DNA of 64,000 nt from Lytechinus pictus (lineage: Eukaryota), in assembly GCF_037042905.1 (NCBI RefSeq), contig NC_087245.1, positions 31,374,001 through 31,438,000 on the forward strand. The letters run 5' to 3'. Each line of letters opens with the position of its first letter. The stretch's first letter is position 1. The notes beneath the pieces were generated by a model. The model was not told the DNA's origin, did no database searches, and saw only the letters and a list, made by a program, of their open reading frames with translations. Below are positions 27,801-42,904 of this stretch, one piece after another. A program made the position numbers and the translations under genes.

Positions 27801-30800
27801 GTAAAAATTACCATAATTTTATGATTGTGATTGCTTGCATGGTAAGCCCCCCCCCCCCCACCACTTTGAAAATCGTTCCGCGGCCCTTGTATATAACGCT
27901 TTTTATACCAAAACGACGTCTCCAAGCGCTTTTACAGATGTGCTTTTACCCCTGCTATCGGATCCTGGCTTGTCCACTCACACAATGCATTGACTTTTAT
28001 ACATTCCTTGGGGAGCATTCTAATAAGTTAGTTTCAAAACTCAATTGCTAGGCATGCTACCAGGCCTTCGCATCCTATTTCTATTTTGATATTTTTGTAA
28101 TTTCCCTCATTTTTTTCTTCATCTAATCGGTAAAGCTGTGGTCACATCCCGTCGTACTTGCACGTGCACGCAGTCTACGTGCGAAAACGTGGGCAAAAAT
28201 CGGGAAATTCGTACGTCACGCACGTGGTGAGTACCGACTCGGTACGGATTTGGCAGTGCGCAGACACGACGCAGAACTTTTAGTGCAGGAGGAACTTTCG
28301 CTGCGTGCAGGCTACGTTCGAGCTACGGATTTGCCCCACGTGCGCGCACGCACGCCCTCGGTACTGCCAAAGTACGCACAACGCACCGACTCCGTGAGAC
28401 TTTTTAGATATTCGCCGCGGCCACTTCCTGTAACGAAGGTGCACTTAGCAAGTGTGCGTTGCCGCACGGATAATTGCGTGGCCCGTGCTTACTCGGCACT
28501 TTCCCAATCTAATTATTCAAATGAACGTGAAGAACTCACGTGCACGTGCGGAGTAAGCATGTGATCAGCACTTACAACGCACGTTGTGCTCAAATATAAA
28601 CAAGAAAACACAAAGTCATATTCTATTACCATGTTCCACATAATGACCTTATTCTTATTTATTCACACACTATATAATACATGAATTTCATGAACTATGT
28701 CCAAAATTTATTATCATGAGTGCTTGAAGAGGTTGTAGAATGTAAAAAAATGAAATCGAATCGTGTATCATGAGTTCAAACAAAGACAGTGGGAAACTGT
28801 ATTAGTCCGCCAAATAAAATAAAAACAAGAATTAAAAAAAAAAAAAATCATAGATTTCTATGAAATGAAATAATGCTTATTACGAGTTCCTGCGTTCACA
28901 CAACGAGATCCTGCCATGGTATTCGTCCGAGCGGGGAACTGTAATAGTTCGCGAAGTAGTTCCTTAGGGGTTTTCCTTCCCTCGCAGCCCGTTGGCCGAC
29001 CATCTGGTCGGGTTCGGTCATCTGTACATCATTCCTCCAGGCCCCGGGGATTACCTTGCCATCCGCATCCTCACGGTCCACATTCACGTCAGTTTGTCCG
29101 GGCCGGTGCTTTCGAAGCAAATTGTGAAGGATGATACAACCCAACAGGACGCAAATTCCGTTGTTAGGCTCCATCTGCAAGGTAGTCAAGAGACATCGCC
29201 ATCGATGAGCCAATATCCCGAAACCGTTCTCTACGACACGACGAGCCCGAGAGGTCCGATAGTTCATTACCCTCTCTTTGTGTATCAGGGCATGGCGACA
29301 ATATGGCTTCATCAGCCACTTTCGAAGGGGAAACGCGTCGTCGCCCACTAGGAAATTAGGAAAATTCTGGTCGTCACCTGGCAGTGGATCCGGTGGTGGA
29401 AATCCAATGGTGGTTCCCTCAAGTGCTCCCGGAATGCTCCCCAAAACGTGGACTGGTTTAACACGCCTGCATCTGAAGAGGAGCCGTTGGCCCCAATATT
29501 GCACCACAAGAAGGAATAGTTAGAATCCACGATTGCCATGAGCACCACAGAGCAGAACCACTTATAAGAGCGATTCACTCGTCCTGGGTAGAGGGCATGG
29601 TGCGCATCTATCTCCTTATATTCCTCGTATAGGGCGGTGCAAACTTCCGGTACGAACGTGGATATACTATTGTGTGCCACCCGGAAGTCATATGCAAGGG
29701 ACCTGCTTCCCGTTGCCAAAAAAGCGAAGAGTGATGGCGAGTTTTAGGCCAGGTTCCAAGGCGCGGCGACTCCTGAAACATTGAAAGTATCTACACCATT
29801 GATATATAGTCAATATGTGTAATCACACGTAAAGACAATTCCTTCTTTTTTCTAAAAGGAAAGGCAACCCCCTCCCCATAATGGAGAATATAAGTTTTAA
29901 TTGGCATTATAATTGCAGTTAGTTTTGACCTTTTCTATTCAAGAAGGATTGCTTCAAAACTGTCAATATTCTTTATTACAAAATTAAGGAGTTAGAAGTA
30001 GCGAATGAAATAATTGTTTATAACCCGTCAAGTAATATTTGCCGTCCAAGTTATCGATTTTTATAAAGGTGCCACGTCTTGCTCATGCCCTGCCACTTGA
30101 AGCTGCTCTTGCAGTATCAGAAGTATCTGGAGTCTCTGTGGTAGAAGAGGCGGCATTTTGAAGGACGTCAGAAGATCAATCTCTATAAATATACCCCACC
30201 ACATAGGGGGGAGGGGCTTACGTTCATCGCAAGTGCATGCAGTTGCAACCTGCGCGTAAGTAAGGACGGCGTACGTGAGCAGCACGTGTAAGTACGGCCT
30301 CCATTCCAAAATGTGTCGAACGCACGGAGATCGTACGTTGTAAGCAGGTACAACTCACTCCACACGTGCGCGACGTACATTGCACGCAATCGCTCACTGC
30401 AAGGCGTGACACGCGGGCAGCGCACGCACTACGTACTTACACCTTGCGTAGTCGTACGAGTGACGTGCGTCGATGCACTTGCTCCCTGCGTTCGCCACTT
30501 TTCCCTACGTTTTCAGAAAAACGCAGCGACCGTAGCCTCCCCCAAAAAACGTACGGCCAAAAAACCGTACGGCGGCTTGTGACCAGGGCTTACCCTAGTT
30601 GCCTTGGTCATGTTGGTTATGTATAATTACTGGCGTTTCAAGCAAATCAGCAATTCAAGACGAAACTGTTGATTTTAATGACCTGTCCCTCTCTCTCTTC
30701 CTCTCTACCATTCCCGCTTGATCATGATACATTATCATTCAATTATCAATTTACAGAGGAATTTGACCTGGTGGTCGGCGAGGTACTAAATGTGACATCA

Positions 30801-33800
30801 CCATGTTTCCCCTCCGAGGACGACCTCCCTCCAGGCACGACCATGGTGTTCAACGCTCCAGAAGGATACAGGGTCAAGATCTCTTTCAGCGAGTTCAGAT
30901 TCGATCCATGTAAGTCACACAAAAATGAGTTAAAGAATGATAAGAAATCAACAATCTTTCATGTCTTTATTCATTGTACTGTATTTCAATATATTTACAT
31001 TCCTTCACCGTTAATTTTTATGAATTGATAAATGTATAGATGGGTTATAGATACCACTTCAATAACAACATACACCCCAATAACAAAAAGAGGACCATAT
31101 AATGACATTATTTTTAAAAATAAAAAGATAAAAAACAACGCAACGAAATTTTTAGACAGAATGAGAATTTTTAGTGATCAATCTGGAAAAAGCTTTATCG
31201 ATTTATCGAAATAGGAGTCGAAACTAATAGAAATAATTCAAGCATTTAGCTTTTTAAATGAAGAATATCCGGGGAAACATAATCATCTATATATATTAAT
31301 AGGGACGATTTTTTTTAAATCATTCGATGTTCATTGCATAAACAAACAGTGATTTTTCGTCTGAAATACAACCGGGGGGGGGGGGGGCTGCCGCTCCAGC
31401 CCCCCACCTTTTTCCAAAACCGTGTACAAAAACGTATGAACATCTGTTTGTGATTTTTTGCATGTTCAGCCCCCCGGCTCAGCCCCCCTCCCCCCTTGAA
31501 AACCGTTCCGCGGCCCCTGGACTTCAACGCTGTTTCAGTGAACTGAGTTACTTTTTACGACATTGGCAATTTAAAAAAACTTATATTTTCATCCTCCCTC
31601 TCACGTGCCTGGACAGATGGACTGAATCGTATTTGGTTAGGTAACGGTGAAGTTCCTAGGTCCTCAGAAGGGTTCATAGGATACTTCCAAGGCTACGATC
31701 TCCCGCCCGACGTGGTGTCTGCCGATAGCACTATGTGGTTGATGATGTTTTCTCCTTATGATTACATGAATGCTGCATTTGAAGCCGAGGTATCTGCCGT
31801 CACCGATCAAGGTAAGGGTACTTCCGGAGAAGAAAACAAAACCAGGACGGAAGACAAACAGGCGAGGATGGAAGTTTTTTATTCGATCTGCGCATGCTTA
31901 TTCGTAAAGAAAGTGCATGGACTGAGCATGTGTAGATCTTGAACCTTCGTCCTCTATGATTTCTAGCATAATGATAATACTAAAACGAATGTGCTGCATA
32001 GTTTGAAAATGAGTACAAAGACCCCTATTTCGATGTTTTGATCTATTAATCAAACCTTCCTCTACTTCTTTGCAATTTGTGAAGAAAATGACATTAATCT
32101 AAATGAAGTAGATAATGTTTGTACTTTTATAAATTTTATTCGAAAATTTACAAGTCTTTGTAACTTTACGCATCATTTTGTGCAAACGCGAGAACATCAT
32201 CATTCAACATCTAACGAATGTTCTAAGATTTTGATTGCCTGAATATATAAAGTCCCGCCTTAGTTTCGATTGGCGAAATTCCGAGCTCAATAATGAAAAA
32301 ATAGGGTCCATGGTTTAATAATTTGACCTAAATAAGTACAAAAGCAAATCTGTGTTAAGTCTTATGTGAACTGCCAGAAAGTGTCTCACGACTGTTAAGT
32401 TCCTTAATTTCCTTTAAAAAATATTCGCTTTTGATCTGCATTCTGCACCCGCCTCCCTTTCTCTCTCTCTCTCTCCGTACAGACGCCCAGATAAACTGCC
32501 CAGGTACATCTCAACAATGTCGGTATGCTTTGATGTGTTTCACTGAAGAAGAAGTGTGTAGTGGAGAGTCCGACTGCCCAAGCGGAACCGACGAAATTGG
32601 ATGTGGTCAGTGTTTACATTTAAATGATCGTGATTGAGCAAAACAATGATGTTGTTTTGTTTTTCACATTTAAAGCAGTTTCACTTTATTATTATCCAGC
32701 AACTCTCCGTCTGATTCGAAAGCATTAGTTGCCATAAATGCATCTGCCCACAAAAGAGAATAAACTTATCTTAATCGTGATTCAGTTTAATTTGAATAGT
32801 GTTTTTATTCAGGAGAATTCAAAATTCTGTTCGTTTTCCTTTTCTATATTGTTTGTGTGTATGTTTATTTCTCTTGAAGCGCCATGAGCACCGAAAGGTG
32901 GACTTGTGCGCTATATAAGTAGCCATCATTATTATTCAGTAAAATAGTAAATATAAGACAGGGGCGGATCCAGCCTTCGCCAGTAGTGGGGCCCGGATTT
33001 TTTTCCAGCCATATTCCCCGGTCGCCGGCCGCTCGAAGATGATTTCTGGTTTCTTTGAAGGGGTAGTCCTAATAGTCACTTCTTAGCTTTATTCTTATAA
33101 ATAAACATAAATATATGATATCATAATCCTTGTTTATATAATGCGAGTGCGAAGCGCGAGCTATTTTTTGGGGGATCTTATGTATTTTTTCCTAAAATTT
33201 CGATCATTCTGGGCAATGTTTGTTATCCTGAAAAAGATGTGTATGCAAATGAATAATTACTACGAACGTGAAGCGCGAGCAGAAATGAACTGATGGAAAA
33301 GGTATCTGTTAAAAAGAGCTTGCAGTTAGCCATGAAGACGTTACATATTTTAAAAATCAAATAATGCGAGCGCGGAGCGCGAGCTGAAATTTTTTGACAA
33401 TTTTACCTAAGGAATGGAAATTCTAAGCTCTTTTTGTAACTTGAACAAAATAGGTATATGACTAAACAATTGATGCGAGCGCGAGCGAAAAATTTCGAGA
33501 TTTTGACCTACTGAACGAGATCGAGACACTCTATTCAACTTTTGTAGATCATGACAAAGATGAGTAAGTGGGGATCATCCTTACATTAATAATGCGAGCG
33601 CAGAGCGCTAGCAGAAAAATTTTATATACATTTTGATGTGGTCGAAAATGTACCTGTTAAGTATTGCTTGCAATTAGCCATGAAGACGTTACATATTTCA
33701 ACAGTCCAATCATGCGAGCGCGAAGCGCGAGCTGAATTTTTTTTTGACATTTCTACATAAAGAATGTAAAATTTCAATCAATTTTTGTAATCGTGAACAG

Positions 33801-36800
33801 GATAACTAAACAATTGATGCGAGCGCGAAGCGCGAGCGGAACAAAATCGAGATTTAGACCTAAAAACGGGACACTCTATTAATGTTTTGTAAATCATGAA
33901 AAGATTTAGATAAATAGGGGATCTTCCTACAATAATAATGCGAGTACAAAGTGCGAGCAGAAAATTTTTGATATTGTGATCTGAAACTGGATAATTATTT
34001 AAATAGAGAACAAGTTGAGTATCTGAATAAACATGCGCGCGCGTTTTTTATATTTAGACCTAGAATCTAGGCATTCTAAATGCATCTTTTATCATGAAAA
34101 TCAAAGCGAGCGCGAAGTGCGAGCTTAAACTATTTGATATTCCGATCTGAAAAAAGGCAATTTCAGCTCTATATTTCAAGCACTTTGTAGGAAAATTGTG
34201 AGGTGGATATGGATCGCAATTAATAAAGAGCTGATATTTTTAATTATTATTACTTTGAGTTTTAACATAGGACCGGGACATCCTTAGGACATGCATATGA
34301 AATGATAGCCTATATCTTCATATTCCTCTTGCTAAGCGCGAGAGGAAACAAAAGGGACAATATGATTATTAAATTAATATTTTATTCATCAATGCCCAAT
34401 GAGGGCGCAAAATCTGATGATATTATGGCCTGAAAACCGGACATTTCAAGCACTTTTGTAATAAAAAATTGGATGCATTAGTTAATAATATTTTAACTAT
34501 TAATGCGAGCGCAAATCGCGAGCCAAATTTTTTGATAAATTTTCATGAAAAGGGGATTTTAAGTATTTTGTTGTATAATCAATATTGAGACATACATAAC
34601 TCGCCAATCAAAATACGAGCGTGCAGCTTTGCTGATACGTTCTGACAATCTTACCTGAAAAGGGATATTTTGAAAACTTTGTTGAATACACGAAAATAAT
34701 AGCCTATAGGTACCTGATAAATCAAAATTTGCGAGCGCGAGCAGAAAATGTTAATATTCAGACCATAAAACTAACATTTTACAGAGCACTTTTTAAAAAT
34801 CAATTTGTAAATCACACAAAATATTGAAAGTTCGATTTCCGAGGTGAATATGTTTTGTATATTGACTTCCAAACTTGATATCTAGACTCCATATTGAAGA
34901 AAATTTTATATACATGAAAGATTCTTTTTATTTTCCAAGTCTTCCCCTCATGTTATTTATATTCACTTGTCTCCCTCTTTCTTTTTCTCCCCTTTTTCCC
35001 TCCCTTTTCCCCTTTTTTTTCCTTCTTTCCCTTTTTTCTTTATTTGCTCCGCCAATAGGGGGGAGCCGGGCCCCCCTCCTGGATCCGCCTATGTAAGATA
35101 AACCATGGTAAATGTTAATTAAGTCAGTATATCTGGAAATACTGTATAATATAAAAATCATTCTATGCTTCGTCTTATTGTGAGGACTTTACTTTGACCT
35201 GTTTTTTTTTCTTTTATTTGTTTAGATTGTTTGAATGCCCGAGATATCAAATGTCCAGATGGACAATGTATCAAACGTGACCAAATGTGTGACGAGTTTC
35301 CGTCTTGTGACAACGATAATGCCAACTGTAGTAAGTTCGTTTGCTTTTACAACGAAATCGTTTAAATTTATCATCACTGGGGTATAGATGGGGGCCTTGG
35401 GGAATATTGATTCCCCCCCCCCCGAAAAACAGAAAAACATTCACGATTAAGAAAACAAAAGAGTAAAGGGAAATAAAATGAAAGGAGAGGGGTGAAACAT
35501 GAGGTCAATGACGTCTAATGCCAATTCGTCCAATTGCCATCTCGTCTACTATCATTTGCTCTACCATCAGTTCGTCCACTCACCACAAGGTCTACTTTCA
35601 TTTAGTCTAATGCCATTCCGTCTATTAACCAGTTGATCCAATAGCAATTTAGTCCATATACCATTTGGTATAATTGAACTTAAGTGTTAATCGGTGCAAA
35701 ATGAATGAAAAGAAAATTGGTATAAGACCATTTGGTTCTTAGACGAAATGGTTATAGACGAACTGGTGATTAGACGAAGTGATGATTGGACCAAATGGTT
35801 GTTAGACGAAATGTTGATGGACGGAATGGCATTAGACTAAATGAAGGTAGACCATGTGGCGTGTGGACGATTTGGCAGCAGTTTACCAAACATGACATCA
35901 TTTAATGAATATCATGTGAAAATCTATCAGGAAATTCGATTGTGTATTGAAAATGTCAAAAAAATGTCCCATACGCCAGTCTGACCCCTCAAAATAGTAG
36001 TAGTAGAAGTTACAATAGTAGTAGTAGTAGTAGAATTAGTAGTAGTAATAGTAGTAGTAGTAGTAGTACTAGTAGTAGTAGTAGTAGTAGTATATTTGCA
36101 TACTAATGAGGGCTTTGGTGGAGCTGGACCCCCTGAAGAAAAATAGTAAATTAATATAAACTGTATGATTAAAAAATAATTTCATAGTATTTCTACGTTT
36201 CAAGAGAATTTCGTTGAATGTTCAATGTTTTTCAATTAATGTATACACCAAAGCTATGAAATCATTTGTGTATAAGATTTGCTCGCTCTCTTTCATTTTC
36301 TTTTATTTTTTTCTCACTTATTGCAATATTCTTATGAGAAACTAAATTGTCATGATGTACTACCCTATCATATGAACATGAAATTGGATATAAAAGAAAT
36401 CTGCCTGTCTTCATTTTTTTTCTATATATTAAAAAAAAAGTATCATTGTGGACCTAACCCCTTTTGCAAGTAAACTTAAATGAATCGAATCTCTTTTGAT
36501 TAAAAAAGTGATTTTTCTTTGCCACTTTTATTCACGTTTTCATTTGAATTTCAAATTTTCTTTGGTATCATCAGAGTGACTAAAAATTTAGAGGTTTAGA
36601 GACAAAAAACAATAAAATTTATGAAAAATGGACCTAACCCCTTTTGACAAATGAGTTCTTTAGAAGAGTTTTGTTGCAAAAGGGGTTAGGTCCACTCCAA
36701 GAAAATAATTTTTTTTAATTCTCCCATATTGTAATATTCTTAAGCGAAACTGAATTTTCATGATACCCTACCATGAGAACATAAAATTGGGTATAAGAGA

Positions 36801-39800
36801 AATCTACCTGTCTTCATATTTTTTATGATATTCTTTTCCAAAAAAAACTGTGTTGACCTAACCCCTTTTGCAACTAAACTTAAATGGACCTAACCCCTTT
36901 TGAAAAAAAAGTAATTTTTCTTTGCCATTTTAGTTCATTTTTTAATAGGAATTTGATGAAAAATGGACCTAACCCCTTTTGCAAGTGAGCTCTTCAAATA
37001 GTGCAATTGCCATGATTTGCATTATCATGATAATTTATTTTTCTTTGTGCAGCCTTTCGGTGTCCAGAAGGATATAACATATCCACGTTACTATTTTGTG
37101 ACAGTGTCAACGACTGTGGGGACCATTCAGATGAACAACAAAATTGCGGTAAGCCTTTCCCAGAAGTCTTTTATTTTTGCACAAAATAATGTCGGGCCCA
37201 AATTTTCCAGCAAAATACTCTAAATAGACTTCCTTTCTAAATGAATGTAGCAGTATCTTCTTTAATGCAGGTTCAATCGAAATTATTAACAGGTCTCTGA
37301 AGCCCGGCGCGCACTACGCGATCGGGGTGGCGTTTTATCAGCCTTTTATTATCTTACAAGTTGTCACCTCTGTATGGCAACTTTCCTTGGTTCTGATTGG
37401 CTGAGAGACTGTTACTATGGTAACTGTCGGATAAAACTTCTTTGTCGGATAAATTATCCGAATGGCCCTTTCTTAAAACACCCCCCCCCCGAAAAAAATT
37501 TCAAACCTGTAAAATCTGAATAAGTGTCGAATATTGCTATGAAAGTATCAATCTAAATTCTAGTCTGCGAGGTTTATTCTTTCTCATTCTGACATTGCTT
37601 TGATGTTAATGATGCATTTTTCCATTAAATTTATCCACTCTGCAAAATGATAATAACATCTATATATATATAATTTTTTATTAGTTTGTAGAAAAGAGGG
37701 GGAAGATATGAAATAAAATAAATCTCAAAATCAAATCAATGATCAGTAAGTGTAAGAGACTGAAATGCAATAATATATTTACACATTTTTTAATTAAACA
37801 TAATATGTGTTGGTCTTTGTGATTGCCAGCTTGTGACCACGAGAATCTTCACTTATGTGGGAGTGGGGAGTGTATCTACGATTACAATGTCTGTGATGGC
37901 GTATCGCAGTGTAGTAACGGCTCCGATGAGGAAAATTGCGGTAAGTAGATAACGACGATGATAACCACAATGACAGCGACGATGATCTCGATTATTAACC
38001 AACCTTTAATGATTGTGAACATCCCCTCAGACTTTTTTAAACTAACCAAAAAGTTGGTTAGAATATTAACGACCAACTGTCGGTTAATCAAGTACTTGGA
38101 ATGTTCATGTTCGAATTTCTCTACTGGTTAAATGTCTGAGAGTGCAGTGGGGTCGCCACCCTTCTTGGGGTGGGAGGGGGAGATGAGGCCCTTACTCTCA
38201 ATGAATCCCCTGTTTGTGAGTAATTTAATTGGCGAGAACGCCTTGTCTCACGGTGAGCATGAAATTATGTGAAGTATGATGACAATGATGGTTGTGACTG
38301 AATATGACGATGGAATTTGCATTTTTTGAAAAAATACAATATATGATTCGTGAGATGTCTCTGAATATTTCACTGACAAAATAGGTCAAACGTGTGGTCT
38401 AGTGATTAGAGCTTTGGACACATAATCGCAAGGTTGTGAGTTCAAATCACAGCTCTGCCATTGTCCCCACTTTGATTGAAATACCCGAGAGTAATATATG
38501 TCGTCTATAAGGTCGGCCACTAAGCCTGATTAACTCAGACGTAAAATGTTTCTTATGTTATTGGTTATATACCAGCTTGGCGTTTACCAGCAAAAAAGTT
38601 GTCCTGCCAAGTTCCTACGGAGGTTACAAGAAACAGAAACAAGTACATGACAAAGTTGGAAAAGATGAAAATGATTACAATCTAAAAACCAAGGATAAAA
38701 AATAAATCCATATCAGCTGTGGATAGTGACCAGCCGAATATTGGATTTATTTGAAATCTTTAACTTTCAAATCTCAAAAGATTTAAATTCAAATCTTTTA
38801 GATTAATATCTAAATCTGCAAGGTTTAAAATTAAAATATGATAATGTGTTGGTCACTATTCGCAGCCAATCTGGATTTATTTTTTAATCCTTGATTCTTA
38901 AAAGGTATGATAATAGCTGACGATGATGATGATGATGTGGATGCTGCTGCTGCTGCTGTTGCTGCTGATAATGATTGTGACAACGACGATGATGACGATG
39001 ATGATGGTGATGATGATGATAATAATAATATTAGGCATTTATATAGCGCCATCTATCTAGAAATATTATATTCCGAGGTGTGTTGTTATTATTATTATTA
39101 CCCCGGCTTTAGCTCGAGCTGCCTTTCAGCGCTCATGCATTCAAGGAAATTAATCCTGCCGGGTACCCATTCACCTCACCTGGGTTGAGTGCAGCATAAT
39201 GTGGATCACTTTCTTGCTGAAGGAAATTACGCCATGGCTGGGATTCGAACCCATGACCCTCTGTTTCAAAGTCAGAAGACTTATCCACTGGGCCACAACG
39301 CTCCACTTGATGATGATGATGATGATGATAATAGTTATTGTGATGATGACGATGATTATGATGATGTTGGAGATGATGATGATGATTATGATGATGTTGG
39401 AGATGATGATGATGACGATGATTATGATGATGTTGGAGATGATGATGATGATGATGATTGTGATGAAATCGTAGTGGTAGAGAAGAACATGATGGACGTG
39501 AATGATTTCACCAAGATCCTGGTGTAAATTATGTTAAACACCCAGTAAAGAAACGTATGCGAAATATGAGGATGATCGTATTGAATTAAGGGGCATGTAC
39601 TGTATTGTGCACGCTATTTCATGTAAATAATAATATCATTATCATCTATTATCATGATCAATCTTTTCGTCACCCTGTGTTTTCCAGTTTGTCAGAGCTG
39701 GCAGGTGATTTGTCCGAACAATAACACATGTATGCCCTGGTGGATAAGATGTGACGGTGTCGACGATTGCGGTGATAACAGTGATGAACAGGATTGTCCA

Positions 39801-39876
39801 GGTATTTTATATATTATGTGAGGATAAAGAATATGAGTAGTATAGTAAAAGGAATAGTAGTAGTAGTAGTAGCAGC

Positions 39877-39907
<31 letters not shown>

Positions 39908-39967
39908 ATAATGATATAGTAATTGTACATTTATATAGCGCAATGACTATATGTATGTATATGTATA

Positions 39968-40057
<90 letters not shown>

Positions 40058-40455
40058 AAGTATTAGTAGTATAAGTAGTAGTAGTAATAATGATATAGTA
40101 ATTGTACATTTATATAGCGCAATTTCTATATGTATTTATATGTATATAGTAGTAGGAGTAGTAGTAGTAGTAGTAGTGATATTAGTTGTAGTAGTATGTT
40201 ACAGTAGTGTATTAGTAGTTGTAGTAGTAGTGGTAGTAGTAGTAGTAGTAGTAGTAGAGTAGTAGTAGTAGCAGCAGCAGTAGTAGTAGTAGTAGTAGTA
40301 GTAGAAGTAGTAGTAGTAGTAGTAGTAGTAATAATGATATAGTAATTGTACATTTATAGCGCAATTTCTATATGTATTTATATGTATATAGTAGTAGTAG
40401 TATTAGTAGTATAGTAGTAGTAGTAGTGGTAGTAGTGGTAGTAGTGGTAGTAGTA

Positions 40456-40488
<33 letters not shown>

Positions 40489-40919
40489 GTGTTAGTAGTT
40501 GTAGGAGTAGTAGTAGTAGTGTTAATAGTAGTAGAAGTGGTAGTAGTAGAATAATAATGATATAGTAATTGTACATTTATATAGCGCAATTTCTATATGT
40601 ATTTATATGTATATAGTCAGTGGCGGACCGTGACCCGGTGGAGACAAAGCATTGGGGGGGCACAGCATTGTTCACAGACAATGCAGTGCCCCCCCCCATG
40701 CTTTGTCTCCACCGGGTCACGGTACGCTACTGTATATAGTAGTAGTAGTATAGTAGTAGTAGTAGTAATAATAATGATATAGTAATTGTACATTTATATA
40801 GCGCAATTTCTATATGTATTTATATGTATATAGTAGTAGGAGTAGTAGTAGTAGTAGTAGTAGTGATATTAGTTGTAGTAGTATGTTACAGTAGTGTATT
40901 AGTAGTTGTAGTAGTAGTG

Positions 40920-40953
<34 letters not shown>

Positions 40954-41057
40954 AAGTATTAGTAGTAGTAGAAGTAGTAGTAGTAGTAGTAGTAGTAATA
41001 ATGATATAGTAATTGTACATTTATATAGCGCAATGACTATATGTATGTATATGTATA

Positions 41058-41125
<68 letters not shown>

Positions 41126-41554
41126 ATAGTAGTAGTAGAAGTATTAGTAGTATAAGTAGTAGTAGTAATAATGATATAGTAATTGTACATTTATATACGG
41201 CAATTTCTATATGTATTTATATGTATATAGTAGTAGGAGTAGTAGTAGTAGTAGTAGTAGTGATATTAGTTGTAGTAGTATGTTACAGTAGTGTATTAGT
41301 AGTTGTAGTAGTAGTGGTAGTAGTAGTAGTAGTAGTAGTAGAGTAGTAGTAGTAGCAGCAGCAGTAGTAGTAGTAGTAGTAGTAGAAGTAGTAGTAGTAG
41401 TAGTAGTAGTAATAATGATATAGTAATTGTACATTTATAGCGCAATTTCTATATGTATTTATATGTATATAGTAGTAGTAGTATTAGTAGTATAGTAGTA
41501 GTAGTAGTGGTAGTAGTGGTAGTAGTGGTAGTAGTGTTAGTAGTGGTAGTAGTA

Positions 41555-41586
<32 letters not shown>

Positions 41587-41780
41587 GTTAGTAGTTGTAG
41601 GAGTAGTAGTAGTAGTGTTAATAGTAGTAGAAGTGGTAGTAGTAGAAGTAGTGGTAGTAGTAATAATAATGATATAGTAATTGTACATTTATATAGCGCA
41701 ATTTCTATATGTATTTATATGTATATAGTAGTAGTAGTATAGTAGTAGTAGTAGTAGTAGTAGTAGTATAGTAGGAGTAT

Positions 41781-41819
<39 letters not shown>

Positions 41820-41842
41820 TAGTGGTAGTAGTGGTAGTTGTG

Positions 41843-41878
<36 letters not shown>

Positions 41879-42047
41879 TTAGTAGTGTTAGTAGTAGTAG
41901 AAGTGGTAGTAGTAGAAGTAGTAGTAGTAGTAATAATAATGATATAGTAATTGTACATTTATATAGCGCAATTTCTATATGTATTTATATGTATATAGTA
42001 GTAGTAGTATAGTAGTAGTAGTAGTAGCAGTAGTATAGTAGTAGTAT

Positions 42048-42080
<33 letters not shown>

Positions 42081-42103
42081 TAGTGGTAGTAGTGGTAGTT
42101 GTG

Positions 42104-42144
<41 letters not shown>

Positions 42145-42163
42145 GTTAGTAGTAGTAGAAGTG

Positions 42164-42202
<39 letters not shown>

Positions 42203-42265
42203 ATAATAATGATATAGTAATTGTACATTTATATAGCGCAATTTCTATATGTATTTATATGTATA

Positions 42266-42301
<36 letters not shown>

Positions 42302-42469
42302 TAGTGGTAGTAGTAGTAGTTGTAGTAGTAGCAGTAGTAGTAGGTAGTAGTGGTAGTAGTAGTAGTGTTAGTAGTAGTAGAAGTGGTAGTAGTAGTAGTA
42401 GTAGTAATAATAATGATATAGTAATTGTACATTTATATAGCGCAATTTCTATATGTATTTATATGTATA

Positions 42470-42507
<38 letters not shown>

Positions 42508-42569
42508 TAGTAGTAGTATTAGTAGTAGTAGTAGTATTAGTAGTAGTGGTAGTAGTAGTAGTAGTAGTG

Positions 42570-42606
<37 letters not shown>

Positions 42607-42781
42607 AAGTATTAGTAGTATAAGTAGTAGTAGTAATAATGATATAGTAATTGTACATTTATATAGCGCAATTTCTATATGTATTTATATGTATATAGTA
42701 GTAGGAGTAGTAGTAGTAGTAGTAGTGATATTAGTTGTAGTAGTATGTTACAGTAGTGTATTAGTAGTTGTAGTAGTAGTG

Positions 42782-42815
<34 letters not shown>

Positions 42816-42829
42816 AAGTATTAGTAGTA

Positions 42830-42904
<75 letters not shown>

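Noticed and set aside
28250..28564. GC-rich ORFs at 28250-28564 and 30183-30626 as a Harbinger Myb protein or CpG-island gene
   Set aside because: No recognisable motif; they overlap subterminal CACGTG/CGTAC-rich repeats of the transposon.
28896..29719. Domesticated HARBI1 gene
   Set aside because: Frameshifts, loss of the first catalytic segment and retained TIRs indicate a decayed transposon.
38907..39527. Asp-rich or Met-rich ORFs (biomineral-like acidic protein)
   Set aside because: (GAT)n microsatellite split by a SINE; no splice or signal-peptide support.
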